Source of the DNA: Promethearchaeota archaeon
GTDB taxonomy: Archaea; Asgardarchaeota; Lokiarchaeia; Sigyniarchaeales; SOKP01
DNA length: 18,639 nt
NCBI GenBank assembly: GCA_011364975.1
Contig: RDOE01000064.1
Span: forward strand, 1-18,639
Reading direction: 5' to 3'
Below, one piece after another: positions 8,501-15,967 of this stretch. The translations under genes were made by a program, and so were the position numbers. Position 1 is the first letter of the stretch, and the number at the start of each line of letters is the position of its first letter. Below the pieces are notes generated by a model, which had not been told where the DNA came from, searched no databases, and saw only the letters and a program-made list of their open reading frames with translations.

Positions 8501-10251
8501 GTTAAAAACTCGGTTATTAATCCATTTGTAACTGTATTTGCGCTCCATTGAGGGTTAAAATCTTTTAATTTTTTGTAGAAAAAATCTCTTTCTCCGTCCC
8601 CATTAATGTCTTGAATCTGGGTCATTTCTGATTCTCCAAGAGTAATAGATCGTACCCAAACTACACTATTAGTTTTGCAATCAATTAATAGAGATTTACC
8701 ATATTTACTGATTGCAAATATATCGTCCACACCATCATTATTCACATCTCCGATATTGGTAAGGTAAAAAAAAGTTGTACCCTTTCCAAATGTTGGATCA
8801 ATATCTCTATCTCGATACGTAAATACAGGGGTACTAAAATTTGTGTTATCAAGAACAAAATCTTGCATCCTAATATTTAACCCATAAACCCCTGCAGATT
8901 CTTCAGGAGTATGATTTCTTAGCTGGAATACATACATATAAAACTTTAATACGGAATCGACCTTTAAAATTAAAGGATAAGAACTTGATAAAAAATAAAA
9001 CCATTCGTAAGTAAATTGTTGAATAAATTCAAGATTTCCATTGTTAATACTAAATACTGTACCGTTAATAGGACGATCTTTTAAATTATCCCAATTATAA
9101 TCAAGTTCTGTGCCAACAATTAAGAAATCTTCTCTTCCATCCTCATTGAGATCAGGAATGGGGATAAAGGCTGCTCCAGATGTCCGAAACAACCGCCTTA
9201 AGCTAGTATAAGGTGATGATATGTCTTGCGAATGATATTCAGTTATATCTGGATTAGATGTATCTAAAATTAGATTAGTAAACGAAAAAAATCTTAAGCT
9301 ATCAAGTAGTTTACCAGAATTCCCAGAAATAAGCAATACTTTCCCATTGTCAGATGCAACAAGGAGATCTGCAACATTATCATTATCAATATCATTAATC
9401 ACAATAATGTCATCAACAGAATTCGGGACATCAATTTGAGCGAAATCATTCAATACCGTCATCTTGAGGGGAGGGATTGTATAACTCCACACTTTTAGCC
9501 CATTTTTTTCATTAAGGGCAATTAATTCTCCATTTTCAGACCCTCCAATAACTATATTGTCTAAATACTTTATTTTCCAGATATCATTGGTAAAATCGTT
9601 AGTATTCATCCATAACACATCACCAGTTCTACCATTTAATACATATATCTTATACCAAGCAGATATTGCCACTTCAGAGATATTATCATTGTTAATATCA
9701 TTGATTGTCTGAACATCCCACGTATATGGAGTGTAATAGTCCATATTGAATGTATCTTGGTTAATTCTTTCTACTTGTGGTTGAAATGTCCATAGCTCTT
9801 TTCCATCTTTTGAAGAGATCGCAATCACATTAGGATGATGTTGGTCATAGACATTGATTATAATATCTTTAGCCAAATCGCCTGAAATGTCATTGATTAA
9901 ATCAAAATCTATCACCTCTCCAAAAGTAATATAACTCATTTCAAGATCACCATTCATGGAAAGAAGTGCTAGACTACCATCCATACCAACAACAATATAA
10001 GGTTCCCCGTTTTGTTCAAGGTAAACTAGCTTTGGTGGCATCGTTGGTCCGGTTCCGACCAGTCCTTGGCCATACGTCCAAAGAATCGCATTTTCTTTAA
10101 GGTTGCCATCTTGATTTTGAAGGTTATATGACGGTATAACAGTATTGGATTTATAAGAAGATAATTCAACAATTGGGATAAAAAAGCAATAAATTATGAT
10201 TAAGATTGTAAATTTATGACGTACTACATTATAAATCCTTTTTTTTCCCAT
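5551..10251 (-). CDS. 1566-aa type I membrane surface protein with FG-GAP/VCBS and PQQ-like beta-propeller repeats
   Basis: N-terminal basic plus hydrophobic signal segment. About 12 DxN/SxDGxxD-type motifs (e.g. DLNEDGRED, DVNNDGVDD, DINGDGERD, DFNGDNYLD, DLNGDGRRE) and PQQ-like 'GxxLW' blades. C-terminal TM (YFVLILTLTISTTLAGIFVAY) is followed by a basic tail. GAGG upstream of the ATG. Confidence 0.88.
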   Translation of the reverse strand: MGKKRIYNVVRHKFTILIIIYCFFIPIVELSSYKSNTVIPSYNLQNQDGNLKENAILWTYGQGLVGTGPTMPPKLVYLEQNGEPYIVVGMDGSLALLSMNGDLEMSYITFGEVIDFDLINDISGDLAKDIIINVYDQHHPNVIAISSKDGKELWTFQPQVERINQDTFNMDYYTPYTWDVQTINDINNDNISEVAISAWYKIYVLNGRTGDVLWMNTNDFTNDIWKIKYLDNIVIGGSENGELIALNEKNGLKVWSYTIPPLKMTVLNDFAQIDVPNSVDDIIVINDIDNDNVADLLVASDNGKVLLISGNSGKLLDSLRFFSFTNLILDTSNPDITEYHSQDISSPYTSLRRLFRTSGAAFIPIPDLNEDGREDFLIVGTELDYNWDNLKDRPINGTVFSINNGNLEFIQQFTYEWFYFLSSSYPLILKVDSVLKFYMYVFQLRNHTPEESAGVYGLNIRMQDFVLDNTNFSTPVFTYRDRDIDPTFGKGTTFFYLTNIGDVNNDGVDDIFAISKYGKSLLIDCKTNSVVWVRSITLGESEMTQIQDINGDGERDFFYKKLKDFNPQWSANTVTNGLITEFLTIDAQTGDTIWKFSIPQPDFYEGVRDIKEVGDPTNDGIKDYVAWMIPLDLPNETKNIIKNLSGMDYLNINNGEQEELLYRALLSNYTRFIAIDGSNGEVFWNRALPDFVYNFYRDYENMGTYFSPVNLTSQGDAYYLRRNEPLPTSWINQSDEILWENEWFPSTLSHANAIEIEYGEHIAGGVLDIRDYAGNYSVKALNIAGTNYWCTSLNFSLPIDFSVEEQLGLLDYPLSQLERFAALKMQMSILVNDSSDSSWYNFTYEIYEESTGRWIKCSWNGTRYWNLQYPDLYGNFRNGTNGGYRSNSDSFNLTTAFRRDDMYVITRGTYNYENGLYFDFENETTLSHFIDSNRNLNIRVNITNSKHAFETSIQSFGVGTFYWGLFGNQYDRYYIYNYNLSAEQYFTDTNLLDLEIRQFEVIEGTGDEYPDVLMLIGRDNSNNTCNTRFMLFDIKHQKSYIKWSRTHFDIPYHDISLLSLNSSFNYWMVRGMFDTGTNYYTAIKLMQNPRWEDQLSYFDNYNESKTHINYQWSIDLGEYVILGKTNITKDGSKLGLVLGDYSGNDKHIKIVDVGTRTTTSKISADHLLSNGDVKEVRGVNTGYKLLLSYDDFNGDNYLDHVGCYLKTYSNQFGEYQTSEIRIYSGASGEDNYDILSKYSPPVSESWKESPYKMEIETGIDLPFASIGDITNDGISEGIIGVQTSIHNIYNSYIPFKGANISFYDLFSSSESQMDELTAQKWILEPFHFIMEGWGIPSARIDFFDFIRNIGDFSGDGKDDVLIKRYIYTKMLYSIYMDYYSYSDEKVVEILDPINQKILYRFNLDFDSFMPLKDLNGDGRREWLISHGGTYTCFNSKFQVRFTNLEEGQIMRSNEFDIQWDTGSRYNYFRVYINGNSYKPIKTTDLSVSLGGGAKKIDVFMYSLDGSVIAIDTVNIIVLENYFVLILTLTISTTLAGIFVAYHRLSKRKRERLVITIELLNEEKNLG

Positions 10252-10617
10252 TGGTCCTCAGTTAAACAGCTCCAAAATTAATTTCATTTTTATTAACATA
10301 CGCCTTTAAATAAATAAATAGAGTATGTAATTATTTAAACATTTTTTATTTTTTACCTTTATGTCGTTAATTTATATCCTTATTGATAACGCAATCTTTA
10401 ATTTCCAATAAGAATCCAGAACAAAGAGCCGATAAGTTAACCCGCTATCCAGTAATTATTTATTAAAGAGCGTTCTGAATTATTAAGCTAAAATTGATTG
10501 AAATGTAAGCAATAGTAACGTTTAAGTACTTAGTTTGCTTTTTGTTATTCAATCCAAATTATACAAAAATATCAAAATTTCAAATTAATAATTATATTTA
10601 ATTTAAGAGGATTAACT

Positions 10618-11136
10618 ATGAAAAATATAAGAAAATTTCTAATTCTCTCATTTGCGCTCTGCATCATAATATTAACTACCTTCCCTTTATTTATTAGCGC
10701 AGGTTATCCCCCTGAATGGGTATTTGCATCGAGTGACGATGTAACTGTTGGAGAGACGGTTAGTGGAAATTATACTGACACATATTATAAAGATTCTTCT
10801 TATCATGAGATACAATGTTATCGTCATGGAACGTATGGGTATTGGGAGGCTATAGTTTTTTATGGTTTTGCTGGGAAATGCAGTAAAGTAAAGATATGGG
10901 TAACGGTAGATCCTTTGATTTATGGGAATTGTTTTAATGCTCGTGCGTATTACACAGATGAAAGTTCTGAAAGTTTGGGAAATTTTAATCCTCAATCGTA
11001 TTATGAATTTGATGTAGATAGCGGTAAATATTTAGATTCAATTCGAATTCAATATTATCTTGAATCAAATATAAATCCAGTTGAACGTTATATCTTTATA
11101 GATTATATAAGTTGTTATTGGACAGGGAATCCCTAG
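10618..11136 (+). CDS. Secreted hypothetical protein (172 aa), Tyr-rich, predicted beta-sandwich
   Basis: GAGG 7 nt before the ATG, signal peptide MKNIRKFLILSFALCIIIL..., four Cys in the mature region, followed by T-tracts. Confidence 0.8.
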   Translation: MKNIRKFLILSFALCIIILTTFPLFISAGYPPEWVFASSDDVTVGETVSGNYTDTYYKDSSYHEIQCYRHGTYGYWEAIVFYGFAGKCSKVKIWVTVDPLIYGNCFNARAYYTDESSESLGNFNPQSYYEFDVDSGKYLDSIRIQYYLESNINPVERYIFIDYISCYWTGNP

Positions 11137-11167
11137 TAGTGAATTTAATATATTGAGTAAATTTTGA

Positions 11168-11183
11168 TTTTTTTATTTTTTTT
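11168..11183 (+). terminator. Oligo-T tract, candidate archaeal intrinsic terminator
   Basis: T7-A-T8 about 30 nt after the stop of 10618..11136. Confidence 0.4.
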
Positions 11184-11492
11184 CTAATTACTTATTAACT
11201 TAATCAAATTATAAGGGTTATGCATAAAGGTTTGTAGTTCGTCGGATTAATTTCTCCTCAGAATTAAAGTAATGAGATTGTTCAAGACTTCTAAATCAAT
11301 TATGTCTCATATTTAAAGAGAGTGAAGCTATATTAACACCTGGATTGGTTGTTTGAATAAGAATTTAAAATTGTGACTGCAATTTTTTTAAAATTAGTTT
11401 AGAAAGGATATTTAAAAATCCTATTGAAAAATAAAAATAATCAGATTAGTCTCAGAGTTATTAATAAAGATAATTTTTTCCAAATCTGAGAT

Positions 11493-12869
11493 TTATAATG
11501 GTATTTGCTCAAATCTCGCTTGGAAAAATCGCAAGTATTTAGGTTCATATACCATCTTTAATCCAGATATTGAATCTCTCTTTTTATAAAGATTAATAAT
11601 AGAATTAGCAGTGTATTCCATATGAGTATTAGTATATACTCTCCGTGGGATCGTTAATCGTACTAATTCTAACGCCGGAAAAATATTCTCCCCAGTTTGT
11701 GAATCTCTACCTTTGGAAACAGCACCACGTTCCATAGTTCTTACCGCTGAATCTTCATAAATAGCCGCAGATAATGTTTGTGCGGGCCATTGTTCTCTCG
11801 ATAAATGAGGTAAAAATTTCAAGGCATTAAGAAATACCGCGTGTCCACCTATAGGTTTAACAATGGGGACTCCCGCTTTCATTAGTAGTTCCCCTAAATA
11901 TCGGACTTGATTAATCCTATATTTCAAATACTTGTATTGAGCTCCTTCTTGGAGACCTCGAGCAACGGCTTCCATATCTCTTCCAGCCATTCCTCCATAG
12001 GTATGTAGACCTTCATAGATTACCACCGAGCTACGAGTTGCCTCAAAGATTTCCTCATTATTCGTAGCTAAAAATCCACCTATATTAACTAAACAATCTT
12101 TTTTTGAACTATAAATACACCCATCAGAATAACTCATCATTTCTCTTAAAATTTCAATAATTGGGGTGTTTTCATATCCTTTTTCTCGTTCTCTAATAAA
12201 GTAAGCATTCTCACTTGAACGAGTTGCATCATAAATTATTTTAAGTTTATAATCATCACAGAACTCTCTCAACTTGCGTAAGTTTTCCATCGAGACTGGT
12301 TGTCCACCTGCCATATTCACATCCATCTCAACATTGACAAATGAGATTTTATCAACGCCATATTCATCAATATAGCCTTGAAGTTTATTAAAATCTACAT
12401 TTCCCTTAAATGGGTGTGTATTTTCGGGATCATGAGCCTCATCGATAATCATATCAACCATTTTCCCACCAGGTAATTCTACATGCACTTTGCTAGTAGT
12501 AAAATACATATTTCGTGGAACTATTTGCCCTGGTTTCACTAAATGGCTATACATTAAATGTTCTGCGCCTCTTCCTTGGTGAGTAGGTACTGTATATTTA
12601 AATCCGAGTATATCTTTAACTGCGTTCTCTAAGTTATAAAAATTTTTACTTCCAGCATATGCTTCATCTCCAAGCATCATACCAGCCCATTGGTTATCAG
12701 ACATGGCTGATGTGCCAGAATCAGTAAGAAGATCTATATATACATCTTCAGATAACAGCAAAAATGTATTAAAACCTGCTTCTCTTATGGCTTCTTTTCT
12801 TCTTTTTTCAGAAGGAAGATTTACAGGTTCAACAACTTTAATCTTAAAAGGTTCAGCTGGACCGTTCAA
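11493..12869 (-). CDS. tpl: Tyrosine phenol-lyase (beta-eliminating lyase family), full length, TTG start
   Basis: Colinear with Citrobacter freundii TPL numbering as I recall it: Y71, T124, N185, D214, R217, PLP-lysine K257, R381, R404, F448/F449. T124, R381 and F448 distinguish TPL from tryptophanase. Confidence 0.9.
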   Translation of the reverse strand: MNGPAEPFKIKVVEPVNLPSEKRRKEAIREAGFNTFLLLSEDVYIDLLTDSGTSAMSDNQWAGMMLGDEAYAGSKNFYNLENAVKDILGFKYTVPTHQGRGAEHLMYSHLVKPGQIVPRNMYFTTSKVHVELPGGKMVDMIIDEAHDPENTHPFKGNVDFNKLQGYIDEYGVDKISFVNVEMDVNMAGGQPVSMENLRKLREFCDDYKLKIIYDATRSSENAYFIREREKGYENTPIIEILREMMSYSDGCIYSSKKDCLVNIGGFLATNNEEIFEATRSSVVIYEGLHTYGGMAGRDMEAVARGLQEGAQYKYLKYRINQVRYLGELLMKAGVPIVKPIGGHAVFLNALKFLPHLSREQWPAQTLSAAIYEDSAVRTMERGAVSKGRDSQTGENIFPALELVRLTIPRRVYTNTHMEYTANSIINLYKKRDSISGLKMVYEPKYLRFFQARFEQIPL

Positions 12870-12894
12870 TTATTTCACTTCATTAAATTTTTAA

Positions 12895-12906
12895 TACTAA
12901 TTAGTA
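12895..12906. promoter_or_regulatory. Perfect 12-bp palindrome TACTAATTAGTA, candidate operator of tpl
   Basis: Lies 26-37 nt upstream of the tpl start. AT-rich, so chance occurrence is possible. Confidence 0.35.
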
Positions 12907-13021
12907 GTAAGTGAGAAGTATTGAAAAATATTACTTTATTTTCTGCCCATAGTTTTCCCATTGTATTAAAAAGGCGGATCTAATTACAGATTTCATTAGG
13001 ATCTTGAATAATGATAAAGAT

Positions 13022-13453
13022 TTACATATTGAGAATTTTTAATGCTTCTTTTGAAGTACCAGATCCAACTAAAACTGAATTTTTTGCACTGAATTTACTG
13101 AAATTAAAATTACTATTTTGACCCACAATACAGTTTTCTAATTTGATATTTTCACCAATTCTAACATTATCTAATAATATAGAATTAGAGATTTCAACAT
13201 AATCTCCAATAACTGAATTTGCTCCAATATAAACATTCGGTCCTAAAAGAACATCATCCCCTATTCTTACATTCTCCCCTAAAAATACAGGTTCAATAAA
13301 AGTAGGATAGTCACCAATATATTTATCTATTTTTGTAGTGATTTTTTTTATTAGAGATTTGAATATAGCCGAAATTTCGGAGTTTTTTGCCTTTTCTATA
13401 TCATTACAAATTTCTTCGATTATTTTTATCTTTTCTATCATCACTATAACCAT
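13022..13453 (-). CDS. Stand-alone hexapeptide-repeat (left-handed beta-helix) protein resembling the C-terminal domain of NDP-sugar pyrophosphorylases
   Basis: Repeats PVFLGENVRIGDDVLLGPNVYIGANSVIGDYVEISNSILLDNVRIGEN; no nucleotidyltransferase domain. Confidence 0.8.
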   Translation of the reverse strand: MVIVMIEKIKIIEEICNDIEKAKNSEISAIFKSLIKKITTKIDKYIGDYPTFIEPVFLGENVRIGDDVLLGPNVYIGANSVIGDYVEISNSILLDNVRIGENIKLENCIVGQNSNFNFSKFSAKNSVLVGSGTSKEALKILNM

Positions 13454-13478
13454 ATACTATTTATTTAATCTGAGGAAC

Positions 13479-14210
13479 TTATAGAATTTTAATATTCATT
13501 AAAGCCATTAATTTATCAATGTTTTCTCCAGTTTTAGCGCTAGTGGTTATTACTTCAATATTAGGATTAATATTCTTGGCATCTGAAACCATTTTTTCAA
13601 GATTTGTTCCTAATCGCTTTAAAAGATCAATTTTGTTGATAACTGCAATATTAGACATTTTGAAGAGCATTGGGTGTTTCTCAACCACCCATTCTCCTTC
13701 AGTTATAGAAACTACGATTATGCGTTTATCAGTACCTAAAATGAAATCAGAAGGACATATTAAATTTCCTACATTTTCTATAAAAATCAGGTCGTATTCA
13801 TCAAGATCTTTATTTTTAATAATCTGATGTATATGATATGCATTTAACGCACATTCTCGCCCCGTATTTATTTGAATTGTTTCCGCATTATGACGTTCAA
13901 TCCGATTAGCATCAACGCGAGTAGTGATATCACCGCATATAACCAAGATTTTATATTTGGGTGATAATTTTTCAACAATCGCCTCTAATAATGCTGTTTT
14001 TCCAGCTCCAATTGCTCCCACAATATCAAAAGATTTAACATTATGCTTAATTAATGTTTGATGTACTTTCTCAGCTAATATTTCATTGTCTCGTTCAACT
14101 TCTTTCTTAGTTTCTATTACTAAGTCCCTGATCTCATCTGTAGCTAAATTAGTACTTTCCAATTCTTTAATTCTAGCGACTTCTTTTTGATTATTCTCTT
14201 TCATTGTCAC
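13479..14210 (-). CDS. hypB: Hydrogenase nickel incorporation GTPase HypB
   Basis: P-loop GAIGAGKT, ENVGNLICP, ITEGE..VEKHP, NKID, SAKTGE. Start may be the ATG at 14204. Confidence 0.93.
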   Translation of the reverse strand: MTMKENNQKEVARIKELESTNLATDEIRDLVIETKKEVERDNEILAEKVHQTLIKHNVKSFDIVGAIGAGKTALLEAIVEKLSPKYKILVICGDITTRVDANRIERHNAETIQINTGRECALNAYHIHQIIKNKDLDEYDLIFIENVGNLICPSDFILGTDKRIIVVSITEGEWVVEKHPMLFKMSNIAVINKIDLLKRLGTNLEKMVSDAKNINPNIEVITTSAKTGENIDKLMALMNIKIL

Positions 14211-14244
14211 ATTTAAGATGTTTTATAATTAAAATTGCTTAAAA

Positions 14245-14288
14245 AATATCAAGTTAACGTATTTGAAATATAATTTATGCTTGATATT
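14245..14288. promoter_or_regulatory. 9-bp perfect inverted repeat AATATCAAG-N26-CTTGATATT upstream of hypB
   Basis: Arms at 14245-14253 and 14280-14288, in the intergenic region between the aminotransferase and hypB. Confidence 0.35.
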
Positions 14289-14382
14289 CCCTCTTTATTC
14301 CAGATTCGTTCTGTATTGCAAAGACCAGAAAGATCTAACCCTATTAATAACCTTAATTTAGTTTTTTTTAAACCTAAGTTTG

Positions 14383-15729
14383 TTAAGTTTGATTAAAACT
14401 AGATTGAGCAATTAGATCAGCAATCTCTAATACCTTTTGAGCGATATATTCTACATTTTCAGAAGTATGAGCCATCGAAAGTGCTCCCAATCCGTGAAGA
14501 CCTAAAATATTACGATTAAAAAGATACAAATGTAGACATGCTTCTAAATTCTTATCCGTGTTTAGAATAATATCATTAATATTTGGTTGTTGAATATATT
14601 TTGATAAAGTATGAAGCAAAACTAAAGATTTGTGACCTCGAGCCACCATCGGTATTTTATTTTCATTGAAATAATTATTAAATTGATTTCGCAATTTTTC
14701 TCCTTCTTGATTAATTCGAATATATTGTTCTTTTGATTTTTCCAATATTTCTATCGTTTTCAAACCGGCTATCATACTAAGAGGAAATCCAGAATAAGTA
14801 CCTCCTCCAATTAATACTTGATTTTTAGATTGCGGGCTTGAGGATTCAAGAAGATCTCTTCGTCCACCAATTGCACCTATTGGCATTCCCCCACCAATAA
14901 TTTTGCCCATTGTTGTTAAATCTGGAATAACTTTTAACTCATTTTGATATAAACCACAATTAAAGCGATATCCTGTAATTACTTCGTCAAAAATAAGCAT
15001 AATTCCATATTTTTCCGTTTCTTCTCTTAATCTTTTTAAAAATTCCAATTTAGATGGAAATCCACCTCCACCACCAAGAACAGGTTCTAAAATGACTGCA
15101 GCTAAATCATTATGATGACTTTTTATCAACTCAAAAATTTCTTCAGAGTTAATTTCATATAATATGACATTAGCTTCATCAGCTTTAGTGAGTCCGGGTG
15201 GAATGAATTTTTCATCTAAATTTCCAACACAGTAATATAAAGTATCGTTCGCACCATGCCATCCCAATTTCGCTTTTGCAACTAGCTTTCTCTTTGTGAA
15301 AGCGCGAGCTAAACGAGTGGCATACATTGTTGCTTCTGTACCACTACTACAGAATCTCATCATCTCGATTCCAGGATTACCATCAATTATTTTTTCAGCT
15401 AATTCTACTTGATATTCTGTATTGGTTCCGAAATGCCAGCCATTAGCTAAATGATTCCTAATTACTTTTTGTACTTCAGGATGATTATTACCTATAATAT
15501 TTGCAAAATGTCCATTCCAACAATCAAGATATTTATTTCCATCAATATCAACAATATAAGGTCCAGTAGCAGATTTAATAAATATTGGAAAACTACCAAT
15601 TCGATATAGCCCAAAAGTTCTTATAGTATGAGAGATCCCTCCTGGTAAGACTCTAAGAGCTCTTTTCCATAATTCCTCAGATTTAGGTCTGAACTTCTTA
15701 TATTGTCTTAATTCATCATCAAGTGTCAT
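14383..15729 (-). CDS. Class III PLP aminotransferase, glutamate-1-semialdehyde aminomutase (HemL)-like
   Basis: Motifs LPGG, SSGTEAT, GWHG, ILEPV, LIFDEVITGYR, PDLTTMGKIIGGGMPIGAIGG (PLP Lys) and GGTYSG. The true substrate cannot be determined from sequence. Confidence 0.85.
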   Translation of the reverse strand: MTLDDELRQYKKFRPKSEELWKRALRVLPGGISHTIRTFGLYRIGSFPIFIKSATGPYIVDIDGNKYLDCWNGHFANIIGNNHPEVQKVIRNHLANGWHFGTNTEYQVELAEKIIDGNPGIEMMRFCSSGTEATMYATRLARAFTKRKLVAKAKLGWHGANDTLYYCVGNLDEKFIPPGLTKADEANVILYEINSEEIFELIKSHHNDLAAVILEPVLGGGGGFPSKLEFLKRLREETEKYGIMLIFDEVITGYRFNCGLYQNELKVIPDLTTMGKIIGGGMPIGAIGGRRDLLESSSPQSKNQVLIGGGTYSGFPLSMIAGLKTIEILEKSKEQYIRINQEGEKLRNQFNNYFNENKIPMVARGHKSLVLLHTLSKYIQQPNINDIILNTDKNLEACLHLYLFNRNILGLHGLGALSMAHTSENVEYIAQKVLEIADLIAQSSFNQT

Positions 15730-15967
15730 ATAATTCTTTGATTAAATTATTAAAATAAGATGATTAAATCAGCATTAAATTAATATTATTTGAATGGATA
15801 GTTAAAAATTTGTGTCAGTAATTGATGATTTTTCTTTGTCTATACTAAGTATAAAGAAGATATCTAATAGGATAATTATAAAACTCAAAATTCACGAGGA
15901 AAAGTTTTAAGGCATCATGTTTAAAAATTATTATAATTAATCAAAATTCGAGAAAATATATTTTATC

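Larger units (their letters stand above)
2576..12427. mobile_element. Putative 9852-bp accessory cassette, one repeat period of the diverged direct repeats of the tpl 3' two-thirds
   Basis: Direct repeats 1647-2575 and 11499-12427; cargo is a surface protein, an ABC exporter and a TA module. No integrase or transposase seen, so mobility is inferred. Confidence 0.5.

Noticed and set aside
5551-10251. True integrin alpha orthologue
   Set aside because: No GFFKR tail and no beta-subunit gene nearby; FG-GAP propellers are widespread in prokaryotes.
10687-10995. 102-aa minus-strand ORF
   Set aside because: Antisense to the secreted-protein gene, which has an SD and a signal peptide.
11200-11400. 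Possible gene remnant or ncRNA between the secreted gene and tpl
   Set aside because: The frames I translated gave only short stop-interrupted peptides with nothing recognisable; only a 6-bp inverted repeat was seen.
11493-12869. Tryptophanase (tnaA) annotation
   Set aside because: It has the TPL-type YFTT, MERG and RFF motifs rather than tryptophanase-type FDTT and RHF.
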